From: a virus | Taxonomy: Duplodnaviria; Caudoviricetes | Virus record (IMG/VR): IMGVR_UViG_3300036987_000471 | Location: 1 to 42,122 of that record | Length of the DNA: 42,122 nt | Reading direction: 5' to 3' (one strand) | Part shown: positions 25,615-35,148 of the stretch, one piece after another | Layout of the letters: each line of letters opens with the position of its first letter | How positions within the stretch are numbered: position 1 is the first letter of the stretch | Made by a program: the position numbers and the translations under genes | Notes under the pieces: generated by a model | Seen by the model: only the letters and a program-made list of their open reading frames with translations | Told to the model about the DNA's origin: nothing | Databases searched by the model: none

Positions 25615-27135
25615 GTGAAGCTGTTCAGCCGCGGGCTCTTTCCCGTCCGCCAAACGGCGGAAGGCGTGGTCGAGGTGGGCGACGAGATGGCGGCCCAGGC
25701 GGCCACGATCGATCCCTTCGCCAGCGAGACTTCCGTGGACGGGATCCCCAAGGAGTGGCACGAACGCGGCGCCAAGGCTTGGGAGTACTTCCAGCAGGAA
25801 CCCATCGTCAACAACTGCATCAACGCCTGGCGGACCCTGGCCGTGGGGGATGACTTCACCCTCCTGGCCAGCACGCCCGAGCTGCAGAAGGACGTGGATG
25901 CCCTGAAGCGACGCTTGAACCTCAAGCGCTGGTTGAAGGACCAGCTGCTGCAGCTCTTGACCAAGGGCGAGGCGGCGGCGTTCAAGGAGTACGGCGGGGA
26001 GGAGAAGGCCAAGAACGAGGAGGGCAAGCCGCTCTATCAGGACTTTGAGCGCATCAAGGTCCTGAACCCCCTGCTGCTGGAGACGACGGTGAAGGATGGG
26101 CAGGTGGTGAAGGTGCGCTCCTTCCTGCAGGACGAGGGTGGCCTGCCCCGGGATCACACGGACGTGTCGCTGGAGCAGTTCCGGCGCTGGATGTGGGACG
26201 CGCCCGACTTCGCCGAGCACGGCACCAGCATGGTGCTGCCGGCCTTCGAGTCCATCGAGCTTCTGCGCGACTACCGGCGCGCCGAGCGCGCCATCGCCAA
26301 GCGCTGGGCCACGCCCATCCGCTTCATCAAGGTGGGTGGCCAGTTCGGCAAGACCGTGGTCATGCCCAAGCCCAGCATGCTGAAGGACATCAAGAAGATC
26401 GTCGATGGCATGAGCGCGCGCCAGGGCGCCGTCGTGCCCTTCTACGTGACCATCGAGACCTACGGCGCCGAGGGCGAGACCCTGAAGACCGAGGAGAAGG
26501 TGAGGGAGGCCAAGAGCGACGTCATCGTCGCCATGGGATTTACACGCGCCCTGGTCTCCGGGGACGGGGCCAACTTTTCCACGGCCAGCCTGGGCTTCGC
26601 CAAGATCCAGCTCATGCTGTCGGACCTAAGGGACATGGCGCGCGACATGCTCCAATGGGTCCTGGACGATTGGCTGGCCATGCGCGGCAAGGAAGGCGAG
26701 AGCCTGCACATCGCCTTCCCGGAGATCGACCTGTCCGCCGGCGCCGACCAGCGCAAGGTCCTGGTGGACCTCTACGACCGTGGGCTCATCAGTGTGCGCA
26801 GCCTGCAGGCCATGATGGGCCTGTCCCCCGACATCGAGCAGGCGCAGATCGGGCGCGAGACCAAGCAGGTGATCGCGCCTCTGTCGCCCGGGGACATCGT
26901 GGGCCTGGCCCAGCAGGAGATGCTGACCCAGGACCAGGTGGCCTTCCTGCTCAACCTGGCGGAGCGGTTGAAGGGGGCGCCCAAGGAGGACCCAGGCGCC
27001 GCGGCGCCGGCGCCCCAGACGGGCGACGTGGCCGGGCTGTATCAGCAGGTGGACCAGCTTATCCGGGCGCGGGCCCGCACGCTTGCAATGGAGCGCGTCC
27101 AGGCCTTGGACGCCGCGGAGCCGCAGGCCGCCTGA
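25615..27135 (+). CDS. Portal protein
   Basis: AGGAGG RBS with GTG. 506 aa between TerL and MuF; HGTSMVLPAF and GDGANFSTA motifs are portal-like. Confidence 0.8.
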   Translation: MKLFSRGLFPVRQTAEGVVEVGDEMAAQAATIDPFASETSVDGIPKEWHERGAKAWEYFQQEPIVNNCINAWRTLAVGDDFTLLASTPELQKDVDALKRRLNLKRWLKDQLLQLLTKGEAAAFKEYGGEEKAKNEEGKPLYQDFERIKVLNPLLLETTVKDGQVVKVRSFLQDEGGLPRDHTDVSLEQFRRWMWDAPDFAEHGTSMVLPAFESIELLRDYRRAERAIAKRWATPIRFIKVGGQFGKTVVMPKPSMLKDIKKIVDGMSARQGAVVPFYVTIETYGAEGETLKTEEKVREAKSDVIVAMGFTRALVSGDGANFSTASLGFAKIQLMLSDLRDMARDMLQWVLDDWLAMRGKEGESLHIAFPEIDLSAGADQRKVLVDLYDRGLISVRSLQAMMGLSPDIEQAQIGRETKQVIAPLSPGDIVGLAQQEMLTQDQVAFLLNLAERLKGAPKEDPGAAAPAPQTGDVAGLYQQVDQLIRARARTLAMERVQALDAAEPQAA

Positions 27136-30100
27136 TGCCAGCCGCCGCCTGCAGGTGTGGCAGCCCGCATCCGCCGCTGCCCCGAGGAGAACTCCACCTG
27201 GAGGTGGAGGCCCTGCTCCTGCCCCTGGGCAGCCGGGCCCTCCTTTCCTACGCCCTCACTCAGCGGCAGGCCATTGAACAGGCCACGGCTCAGAGCCTGG
27301 CCAAGGCCGGCGCCTACTCGGACGAGGTCCTGGCCGGCAGTCTGAAGGCCCTGGACCGGGCGGCCAAGGATGTGAAGGCGCAGATCCTGGCCCTGGGGGA
27401 TCTCTCCCAGTTCGGCCCCGGCGCCCAGCCGGGCAAGTCCGTGCAGCTGGTGCGGCTGAAGGCCCTGGAGAAGCACCTGGCCCAGACGGCGGAGCAGCTG
27501 AAGCAGGATCTCACGCTGGCCTACCAGGGCATGACGGGGGACCTGGCCAAGGCCGGCATCGAAGGCAAACTCGCCCAGCTGGGCGCCCAGAAGCTGGGCG
27601 GTTACCAGGCCCTGGACCAGGCGGGCCGGGAGGCCTTGGCCGAGGCGGCTTTCTCCCTTGTCCCCACTGACGCCTTGGACTTCCTCTCGAACTACCAGCT
27701 GCAGCTCCTGGGCAAGCTCTCAGACGACCTCGTCGCCGGCGTCAAGGGGGTCGCGCAGGTGGGCATCGCCCAGGGCGAGGGCCCGGCCAAGATCGCCCGG
27801 CGCATCGGCGGCATCGTCAAGGACCCGGAGGAGTTCCGCCAGGCGGGCAAGACGGTGTTCAAGTCCGTGCAGCAGCGTGCCGAGCTGATCGCGAGAAGCG
27901 AGACCATGCGGGCTTACAACCAGGGCGCCAAGAAGTTTGAGGCCCAGATCGGGGTCAAGAGCGCGCGCTGGCTGACCGCCGGTGACGAACGGGAGTGCCC
28001 CGAATGTGGATCGCTGGACGGCAGGGAGTTCGATCTCCAGGACCTGCCTAGCCAGCCCCTGCACCCGGCGTGCCGCTGCACGCACGTGCCTGGTGGGTCT
28101 CTATCCCAGATCACGGACCTGGGCACCCTGGAGGCGCAGCTGGCGGACCAGGCGCTGGGGGACGGGGCCGTGCAGGAGGCGCTGAAGAGCGGGGACTACG
28201 GCAAGCTGACCATGGTCCAGCTGCGGGAGGTGGCCAAGGAGAAGGGCGTGTCCATTGCCCGCACCAAGGCGGACCGGCTTGTCATGCTGTCCGAGATGAC
28301 GGGGCACAGCGATTCGTGGCTGGCGGGACACACGCCTGTCGAGCTGGATGCGTGGTTCAAGAAGTACAAGATCGGGGCGCTGAAGACCAAGGACGAGCTG
28401 CTGTCCGCCATTTACAAGGCGGATCACGCCACGGATGCAGCCAAGGCGGCGGCGCTCAAGCAGGCGGAGGAGGCGGCCAAGAAGGCCAAGCAGGCGGCGG
28501 AGGAGGCTGCCAAGAAGACGGCGCTGGCGGACCAGGCTACGGCGGACTTTCATACGACGCTGGTCAAGCTGAAGGACCTGGAGGCGGATCCCGCCCAGTT
28601 CCAGGCCTTCCACCAGCAGTTGGACCAGCTGCTGGTGCATGTCCAGAAGCACCTGGAGATCCTGGGCCCGCAGAAGGCGGCGGATCTGGGAGGCTATCTG
28701 TCGAAGGCCCAGGACGCCTTCACTCTGAAGGTGGAGCTGACGGGCCAGTCGGCGCTGCGCGATGTCTTGAAGGCGGCAAAGGTCAAGAACTTCCAATGGT
28801 TCACGAAGGCCGAGACCGTCACCTACCTGACCCAGAAGCCCCTTCAGTCCAAGATCGCCGAGCAGGTGGCGGCCAAGGTGGCGGCGGCCAAGGAGGCGGC
28901 GAAGCTCAAGAAGGTGGCGCCGCCCGCCAAACCCGCCACGCCCAAACCGGCCGCTCCCAAGCCTGCCCCCAAGGCCACGCCCGCCGTCCAGGCGCGCAGC
29001 GCCGACGAGGCTTGGGAGGCCCTGAAGGCCGAGAATCCCTTCACCTTTCACAGCGACGCCAGCGAGCTGGGCGGCGTCCACACGAAGTACTTCTACACGG
29101 ACAAGGCCGGCGACAAGTGGCTGTTCAAGCCCATCGCCGAGGAGTTCCGTGCCTTTGGCGACGAGGTGGCCTACCTCATCCAGCGCGAGATCGACCCGGA
29201 CGCCATCGAGGTGCGGACCATCCGGCTGAAGGACATGCATGGTCGCATGCGCTCGGGATCGATCCAGAAGATGAAGCAGGGGCTCAAGGACCCCCACAGC
29301 TTCGAGAAGCTGGATCTGGCAGCCATCACGCCAGCCGAACTTGCGCAGATCCAGCGCGAGCAGGTGGTGGACTGGCTGATCTCCAATCACGACGGCCACG
29401 CGGGCCAGTTCCTGCGTGCGCGGGACGGCAAGGTCTATGGCATCGACAAGGGCCAGCTCTTCAAGTTTTTCGGCAAGGACAAGCTCTCCGTCGACTATGC
29501 GCCCAACGCCGGCGGGCGCTTCGACGAGCCCCTCATCAACAAGCTTCTGCGCGCCCACCGGGACGGGAAGATCAAGCTGGACCTGCGGGCCACCCAGGAG
29601 TGGATTAGGCGGGTGGAGGCGATTCCCGACGCCGCCTACCGCGAGATGCTCATGCCCTATGCCGGCCGGCGCTTCGCTGGTCAGCCGGGCGCCCTGGAGG
29701 ACTTCTTGCGGGCTGCCGTGGAGCGCAAGAACGCCCTCCGGGCGGACTTCGAGCGCTTCTATAGCGAGATCGAGTCGGCGCGGCTGGGGCGGAAGGTGTC
29801 CTTCCGCTTCGGCCAGGTGGTCGAGGAGGCGGCGCCGCCGCCGGCAGCTGATGGGGGCACGGCCTGGGCGCGGGGCAGCCGCGTCGACCTGAAGGAGGAG
29901 GTGAAGGTCATCCGTGAGTCCGGCTGGCAGGGGCGATCCCTGGCTGTGGACAAGGGCGACATCGAGGACCAGAACGTGCTGGTGCGCGAGGTATCCCTTT
30001 CGGGGGGCGGGAAGCGGACCACGCTGCAGTTCAAGATGCGACCGGACGCGGATCGAAACCTGGTGGCGTTTTTGGAAGCGAATGCCACGGGCGGGGATCT

Positions 30101-31634
30101 CTTGGTGCGATCGCCTGCTGATCCATACTGGGGCAGGGTTCTTGATGCTGTGAAAACGCTGAATCACCATGCGGCCAGCGATTTGAAGTTCAACGTGTCC
30201 AAGGTGGACTTGGCGCTGGACTTGCGGAAAGAGCTGCTAGCCCTTGGGAAGTCCTCCTCGCCGCTTGAAAGGGCGATGGCCAAGCGGTATCTGGCTATTT
30301 TGGATGATGTCGAGAAGGCAAGGGTCGCGCAGATCCAAGGGCGGGCGGCAACGATCCCGCAGGTCAGGCAGTACAAACCGACAGCCGAAGAGCTGCGGAA
30401 TGCGTCCAAGACCCCGCAGGCGCAAAAGGGCGATGGGATCCAAGTGAGGCGGCGGGAGCGGTGGACGGAGGACAAGACGACGATCCATGGAAAGCACGTG
30501 GAGGTCGTCGAGGACAATGTGCCGCTGACAGAGTTCTATCGTGGCGGGCTGCGAGACAACCTGCGCGAGTTTGAGATCGACTTGGGTGACGGAGTGACGG
30601 CTGTCTACAAGCCGTTTCAGAAGGAGTCCCTGCGGGAGACCTTGGTGCCGCGTCTGTCTGATGAGCGGGCGTTTGCCATGCAGGGCAGGATGACCGTCCG
30701 AATTGACGGCGCAGCAAGCGACACGGGCATTGCCAAGGCCATGGAGCGACTGAAGCGGCTGGGGATTGACGCAACGCCATCGACGGCGCTTGATGAAGAG
30801 CTGATGTACTTGCAGAAGACGGCCTATGCGGCTACGGTCGACAAGACTCCGGCTTTTGTCGCGGCAGCCGATCAGGCAAGAGAGGCAGGCAGCACCGAGG
30901 AGGCGGTCCGAATTTGGCGGGCTGCGTGGAGCAACCATCTTGGAGTGAAGGACGTCACGAAGCTACTGGACTATGACCCTGTCGGGGTGCATCAGATGGC
31001 GACCGCCACGGGGAAATCTGCCGGGGCTGGAACCCGCGTGCAGTACCGGTTTGATGTTGGGAAGGCGGTCATCGAGAAGGAGATGAAGGACTACGTCCTG
31101 ACCCACAAGATATACAGCGGGTCAATCCATGACTTTTTCGAGACCGTGCTGCCCACCAACAGGGCGTTCATTCCTACCGCAGAGCGGTTCAGCGTCGGGG
31201 TTCCCATTGGCGGCATGAGCCCGGGCCGGGACTTGGACACGGGGGGGGCGAGCTATTTTTTCACCAGGATCGCCAAGCGGGCCACCTTGAAGGAAAGCCG
31301 GATCCTGCTCAAGACCGAGATGCTTGGGCGAGCTGACGCCATCAGCTACAACACGGACAATTTCGGGAAAGTGATCGGCGACTTCGTAAGCATGGCCAGG
31401 CACACCACTCCGAAAGGGTGGAAGGCTTGCGTAAGGTCGGCAAGTAATGAGACTATTTTTAAAGGGACAATTCCAATTTTAGATAATCTTGAAGGCGTGT
31501 TTGTAAAGAGTCAGACAGAAAGAAATAGCTTGATTAATCTCTTTAAAAGGCACAACATTGAGGTGCTTCCGGACGGGCGAAAGATTGAGGATGTGATCGT
31601 GACGAATATGGCCAGTTTGAAGAGGACGCCGTGA
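27135..31634 (+). CDS. Large MuF (SPP1 gp7-like) minor head protein with HipA/PI3K-like kinase domain and putative ART-like C-terminal domain (~1499 aa)
   Basis: ATG overlaps the portal stop. MuF motif RAELIARSETMRAYNQG...RWLTAGDERECPECGSLDG...PLHPACRC. Kinase motifs LGG...WLFKP...E...DWLISNHDGHAGQF...GIDKG. Confidence 0.8.
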   Translation: MPAAACRCGSPHPPLPRGELHLEVEALLLPLGSRALLSYALTQRQAIEQATAQSLAKAGAYSDEVLAGSLKALDRAAKDVKAQILALGDLSQFGPGAQPGKSVQLVRLKALEKHLAQTAEQLKQDLTLAYQGMTGDLAKAGIEGKLAQLGAQKLGGYQALDQAGREALAEAAFSLVPTDALDFLSNYQLQLLGKLSDDLVAGVKGVAQVGIAQGEGPAKIARRIGGIVKDPEEFRQAGKTVFKSVQQRAELIARSETMRAYNQGAKKFEAQIGVKSARWLTAGDERECPECGSLDGREFDLQDLPSQPLHPACRCTHVPGGSLSQITDLGTLEAQLADQALGDGAVQEALKSGDYGKLTMVQLREVAKEKGVSIARTKADRLVMLSEMTGHSDSWLAGHTPVELDAWFKKYKIGALKTKDELLSAIYKADHATDAAKAAALKQAEEAAKKAKQAAEEAAKKTALADQATADFHTTLVKLKDLEADPAQFQAFHQQLDQLLVHVQKHLEILGPQKAADLGGYLSKAQDAFTLKVELTGQSALRDVLKAAKVKNFQWFTKAETVTYLTQKPLQSKIAEQVAAKVAAAKEAAKLKKVAPPAKPATPKPAAPKPAPKATPAVQARSADEAWEALKAENPFTFHSDASELGGVHTKYFYTDKAGDKWLFKPIAEEFRAFGDEVAYLIQREIDPDAIEVRTIRLKDMHGRMRSGSIQKMKQGLKDPHSFEKLDLAAITPAELAQIQREQVVDWLISNHDGHAGQFLRARDGKVYGIDKGQLFKFFGKDKLSVDYAPNAGGRFDEPLINKLLRAHRDGKIKLDLRATQEWIRRVEAIPDAAYREMLMPYAGRRFAGQPGALEDFLRAAVERKNALRADFERFYSEIESARLGRKVSFRFGQVVEEAAPPPAADGGTAWARGSRVDLKEEVKVIRESGWQGRSLAVDKGDIEDQNVLVREVSLSGGGKRTTLQFKMRPDADRNLVAFLEANATGGDLLVRSPADPYWGRVLDAVKTLNHHAASDLKFNVSKVDLALDLRKELLALGKSSSPLERAMAKRYLAILDDVEKARVAQIQGRAATIPQVRQYKPTAEELRNASKTPQAQKGDGIQVRRRERWTEDKTTIHGKHVEVVEDNVPLTEFYRGGLRDNLREFEIDLGDGVTAVYKPFQKESLRETLVPRLSDERAFAMQGRMTVRIDGAASDTGIAKAMERLKRLGIDATPSTALDEELMYLQKTAYAATVDKTPAFVAAADQAREAGSTEEAVRIWRAAWSNHLGVKDVTKLLDYDPVGVHQMATATGKSAGAGTRVQYRFDVGKAVIEKEMKDYVLTHKIYSGSIHDFFETVLPTNRAFIPTAERFSVGVPIGGMSPGRDLDTGGASYFFTRIAKRATLKESRILLKTEMLGRADAISYNTDNFGKVIGDFVSMARHTTPKGWKACVRSASNETIFKGTIPILDNLEGVFVKSQTERNSLINLFKRHNIEVLPDGRKIEDVIVTNMASLKRTP

Positions 31635-32137
31635 GCGATATCCGCGAAGAGGCCATTGCAGCATTCCAGCAATATTTGGACGCCCTTGGTGAGCCGTTTG
31701 GCTTCGGAGTGTGTGTGACGCCGCTGCAAGGGGGAGGGCGGATGTTCGGTTTCTATGCCGGGATCCGTGTTCTGTCGGCCACACCCATCTTTAACCGGGC
31801 GACGGGCGATATTGAGCGCTGGCGTCATTGGCTGCTCTTCGCCGAGATGAGCATCCTGGATCGATTCGGGTGCGGCCACCCCGTGCACTTCTTTGAGTGC
31901 GATGTGCAGAAGCAAGAGGGCCATCAGGTCGCGCTTCGTGAGGTGAAAGGAGTCTATTCGATTCTGGTGAACCGCAACGATCCCCACAGCCTGGACGAGC
32001 GGCAAGCGAGCATTTATGCCGCCTGGGATGAGACCGTGATGGAGGCGGGCGGGGTGGGCGCCCTTCGGGAGATTCTTGACCGGGCGGCGGCGGAGGTAAC
32101 CGACGAGCTGATTGCCACGGGGGAGATGAAGCCATGA
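31631..32137 (+). CDS. Hypothetical protein, candidate immunity protein 1 for the MuF toxin
   Basis: GTG overlaps the MuF stop (GTGA); GAGGA RBS; 168 aa. Immunity role inferred from position only. Confidence 0.55.
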   Translation: MSDIREEAIAAFQQYLDALGEPFGFGVCVTPLQGGGRMFGFYAGIRVLSATPIFNRATGDIERWRHWLLFAEMSILDRFGCGHPVHFFECDVQKQEGHQVALREVKGVYSILVNRNDPHSLDERQASIYAAWDETVMEAGGVGALREILDRAAAEVTDELIATGEMKP

Positions 32138-32448
32138 AGGTGCTCTGGTTCTACGTCTTCGACTTCCACCCGGATTCCACGCGCAAGGCGCCCATCGGCG
32201 CCTGGATCACGCAGGACGACCGCCTGGATTACGAGTTCAATGCGGCCTACCCGGATGACGAGGACATCCCCTCCGACCTCATCAACCGCATGCTGGAAGC
32301 CGGCGAGAAGCTGGTCAGCCGGGAGATGCTAGAGTATTGGCAGACCCACGTGGGCTATTATCGCAGTGCCGGTGAGATCCACGAGGAGGACGTGTCGGAC
32401 TACGGTGAGTTCCTGAAGCGCATAAGAGCAGCAATCAACCAGCCCTGA
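32134..32448 (+). CDS. Small acidic protein, candidate immunity protein 2
   Basis: ATGA overlap with the previous gene; 104 aa, acidic. Role inferred from position. Confidence 0.55.
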   Translation: MKVLWFYVFDFHPDSTRKAPIGAWITQDDRLDYEFNAAYPDDEDIPSDLINRMLEAGEKLVSREMLEYWQTHVGYYRSAGEIHEEDVSDYGEFLKRIRAAINQP

Positions 32449-32530
32449 TCCACCACTTATTTCTCAGACCTCTTGACATCTCCTCTCATGGGAGAGATCG
32501 TATCCCGCGACAATCATTCGCGGGACCCAG

Positions 32531-35092
32531 ATGTCTGGTCACACGTCCTTCCTGACGGTCGATGCCGCCCTCTTCCCTGAGCTGACCGCCCAGGGCGCTG
32601 GCGCGCCCACCCATGGTGTCCAGTACATCGGGAACAAGCGCAAGCTGCTGGACTGGATCCGGGAGCAGATCCCCGAGGGCGTCAAGACCGTGGTGGACGC
32701 CTTCGCCGGCGGCGGAAGCGTCAGCTACATGCTGAAGCGCGAAGGGTACCAGGTTCACTCCAACGACAGCCTGCACTGGCCCCATCACATCGCCCGGGCC
32801 GTGGTGGTCAACCAGACCGAGACGGTGACGGACGAGGAGATCGAAGCCCTCTGCCAGCCGAACCCCAAGGCGGGCACCTTCGTCCGGGACAACTACAAGG
32901 ACAAGTTCTGGAAGCCCGAGATCCACGGCGTCATCGACGAGGTGCGCGAGAACGTGGACACCCTGAAGGGCTTCAAGCGCGACATCGCCCTGGCCGCCCT
33001 GGGTGCCACCATGCTCTCGGCCCGCGGCTGGTTCCCGCAGTTCACCACCAGCAAGGTCTCGGAGGACGGCTACAGCCCCGAGCAGTTCCACAAGCGCCTG
33101 GGCGAGGTGATTCGGCGCCTTAACTCCATGGTCCAGGAGGGACCCACCTGCACGGCCCAGCGCCTGGAGGTGCGGGAGTTCCTGCCCAAGGTCAAGGCCG
33201 ACCTGGCCTATTTCGACCCACCCTACGTGACCGAGTTCAGCGCGGCCAACTACAGCGCCAACTACCACGTGGTCGAAGCGGTGATGGTGAAGGGCGAGGG
33301 GCGGAATCCCAAGGCCGACAGCGTGACGAAGATGGAGAAGACCCAGGCCGACCTGACCAAGGCCAACATCCTGGAGTTCTTCCAGGAGGTCTTCGCCGCC
33401 GCCGACCACATCCCGGACTGGCTGCTCTCCTACCGCGACCACAGCTATCCCAGCGAAGCCGAGATGCAGGAGCTCTTCGAGAAGGCCGGGCGCGAGTTCC
33501 GCCTGGAGACGAAGGACTTCTCCTACGCCAGCCTGGCCGGCAAGCGCCGGGACGAGGATCCGGCCAAGGCCAAGGAATACCTGTTCGTGGGTACGGCCAA
33601 AGAGGCCAAGGCGCCCACCGAGCCCAAGGAGGATGACGTGAAGCCCAAGACCCCCGTGGACGCCGCGGCCATCGAGGCCATGCAGGCCGCCGCCGCCCTT
33701 CAGTCCCGCATGACCGCGCGCCTGGAGGTGGGGCGCCTGGTGGCCGTGGCCGAGGAGAAGCCCGAGGGCGAGGAGGACCATGAGATCGCCTTCGTCCTGT
33801 GCCATGCCGGCACCAACCGGAACGGTGACCACTTCACGGTGGAGGAGCTGAAGCAGGCCGCGCCGTCGGCCGCCGGCGTCAAGATCAATCTGAAGCACGG
33901 CCAGAAGGCCCAGGACATCGTGGGCAAGACCGAGTCCGCGGCCTTCGAGGACACGGACGGCGGCCGAGTGGTGTGCGCCGGCAAGCTGTTCACGGGCTCC
34001 GACGAGCTGGCCGCCAAGGCCAGGAAGCTCATCCACGAGGAGCTCATCTCCAAGGTCTCCATGGAGTGCTCCTACGCCAAGGGCGAGTGCTCCATCTGCG
34101 GCCACGCCCACACGGCCGTGGCGGACCGCTGCGATCACCTGAAGAAGCAGAAGGGGCAGCAGGTCGAGGGCAAGGACTGCTTCGAGATCCTGCACGGCGT
34201 GACGTTCACGGGCGCCGGCCTGCTGGAGGGCTACGAGCCCGCCGACCCCAAGGCCGACATCACGTCCATGGGGGATGGCCCGGACGGCCGCCTGCGCGCC
34301 ACGTCCTACGGCTACGGCGAGATGGGCGCGCGCCCCGAGAACGTCAAGCAGGTCCTCATCCAGCAGGAGATCCGGGACGACCTGTGGCGGGCGCAGGACG
34401 CCTTTGGTCAGGTGGTGGCCACGCTCGTGGGGGATCTCACCGCGGGCAAGGCCACGCTGGACGAGACGAGCACGAAGATCCGCCAGGCCGCCACCGACAC
34501 GGCGGATCGCGTGATCCAGATCCTCACGGGCATCAGCAAGGAGACGGACGACATGAAGGACACGAAGGCCCAGGCGGCTACCGACAAGCCGCTGAAGGAC
34601 ATGACGCAGGCCGAGCTCCTGCAGGTCGCGGAGCGGCTGTCGGTCCAGAACGAGGAGCTGGTCGGCAAGATCCAGGCGGCCGAGGAGGAGAAGGCCAAGA
34701 CGGCGGCCCAGCAGGCGGCCGAAGCCCTGGTGGCTCTGATGGAGCAGAAGGGCCGGCCCTTCGCGGACGACGCCGCGCGCCAGGCGGAGGTGGACAAGCT
34801 GGCCGCTCTCTCCGACGAGGCCCGCAAGGCCGTGGAGGACACGTGGAAGGCCCTGCCCGACAAGGACCCTGCTGCGGAGCCCACCGAGGAGGAGAAGGCG
34901 GCTGCCGCCGCGGCTGCGGGTGGCGGCACGGCCAGCGCGTCGGGGCAGGGCACGCTGCGCGCCAACGCCAGCAAGGCGCCGGTCACGGGGAGCGATCCCG
35001 AGCCCAAGTCCCTGACGGACAAGCTCAAGGCCGGCCTGGAGGCCATCTACCAGGACCGCCTGGCCCATGAGCGGGGCGAGTCCGTCGATTGA
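32531..35092 (+). CDS. Fusion protein: D12-class (Dam/FokI-like) DNA adenine methyltransferase + prohead protease + scaffold
   Basis: QYIGNKRKLLDWI, VVDAFAGGGSVS, ND and YFDPPY in the first ~360 aa. Then GTNRNGDHF...INLKH...IVG...KVSMEC..CSICGH...CDH...PADPKADI (prohead-protease-like). Then an acidic, Ala-rich coiled coil. No stop codon between the parts. Confidence 0.8.
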   Translation: MSGHTSFLTVDAALFPELTAQGAGAPTHGVQYIGNKRKLLDWIREQIPEGVKTVVDAFAGGGSVSYMLKREGYQVHSNDSLHWPHHIARAVVVNQTETVTDEEIEALCQPNPKAGTFVRDNYKDKFWKPEIHGVIDEVRENVDTLKGFKRDIALAALGATMLSARGWFPQFTTSKVSEDGYSPEQFHKRLGEVIRRLNSMVQEGPTCTAQRLEVREFLPKVKADLAYFDPPYVTEFSAANYSANYHVVEAVMVKGEGRNPKADSVTKMEKTQADLTKANILEFFQEVFAAADHIPDWLLSYRDHSYPSEAEMQELFEKAGREFRLETKDFSYASLAGKRRDEDPAKAKEYLFVGTAKEAKAPTEPKEDDVKPKTPVDAAAIEAMQAAAALQSRMTARLEVGRLVAVAEEKPEGEEDHEIAFVLCHAGTNRNGDHFTVEELKQAAPSAAGVKINLKHGQKAQDIVGKTESAAFEDTDGGRVVCAGKLFTGSDELAAKARKLIHEELISKVSMECSYAKGECSICGHAHTAVADRCDHLKKQKGQQVEGKDCFEILHGVTFTGAGLLEGYEPADPKADITSMGDGPDGRLRATSYGYGEMGARPENVKQVLIQQEIRDDLWRAQDAFGQVVATLVGDLTAGKATLDETSTKIRQAATDTADRVIQILTGISKETDDMKDTKAQAATDKPLKDMTQAELLQVAERLSVQNEELVGKIQAAEEEKAKTAAQQAAEALVALMEQKGRPFADDAARQAEVDKLAALSDEARKAVEDTWKALPDKDPAAEPTEEEKAAAAAAAGGGTASASGQGTLRANASKAPVTGSDPEPKSLTDKLKAGLEAIYQDRLAHERGESVD

Positions 35093-35148
35093 CCATTCTC
35101 CCACCCGGTGATGCCGGGGCGGTTTTCACCAGCTAGAAGGAGCGCATC

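Noticed and set aside
26193-27134. N-terminal extension of the 1813 aa ORF in the ORF track
   Set aside because: It overlaps the portal gene in another frame and reads as Arg/Gly/Pro-rich shadow sequence. ATG 27135, coupled to the portal stop, is the more plausible start.
32473-32501. TTGACA promoter upstream of the MTase-protease gene
   Set aside because: The -35 is perfect but there is no convincing -10 at 16-18 bp spacing.
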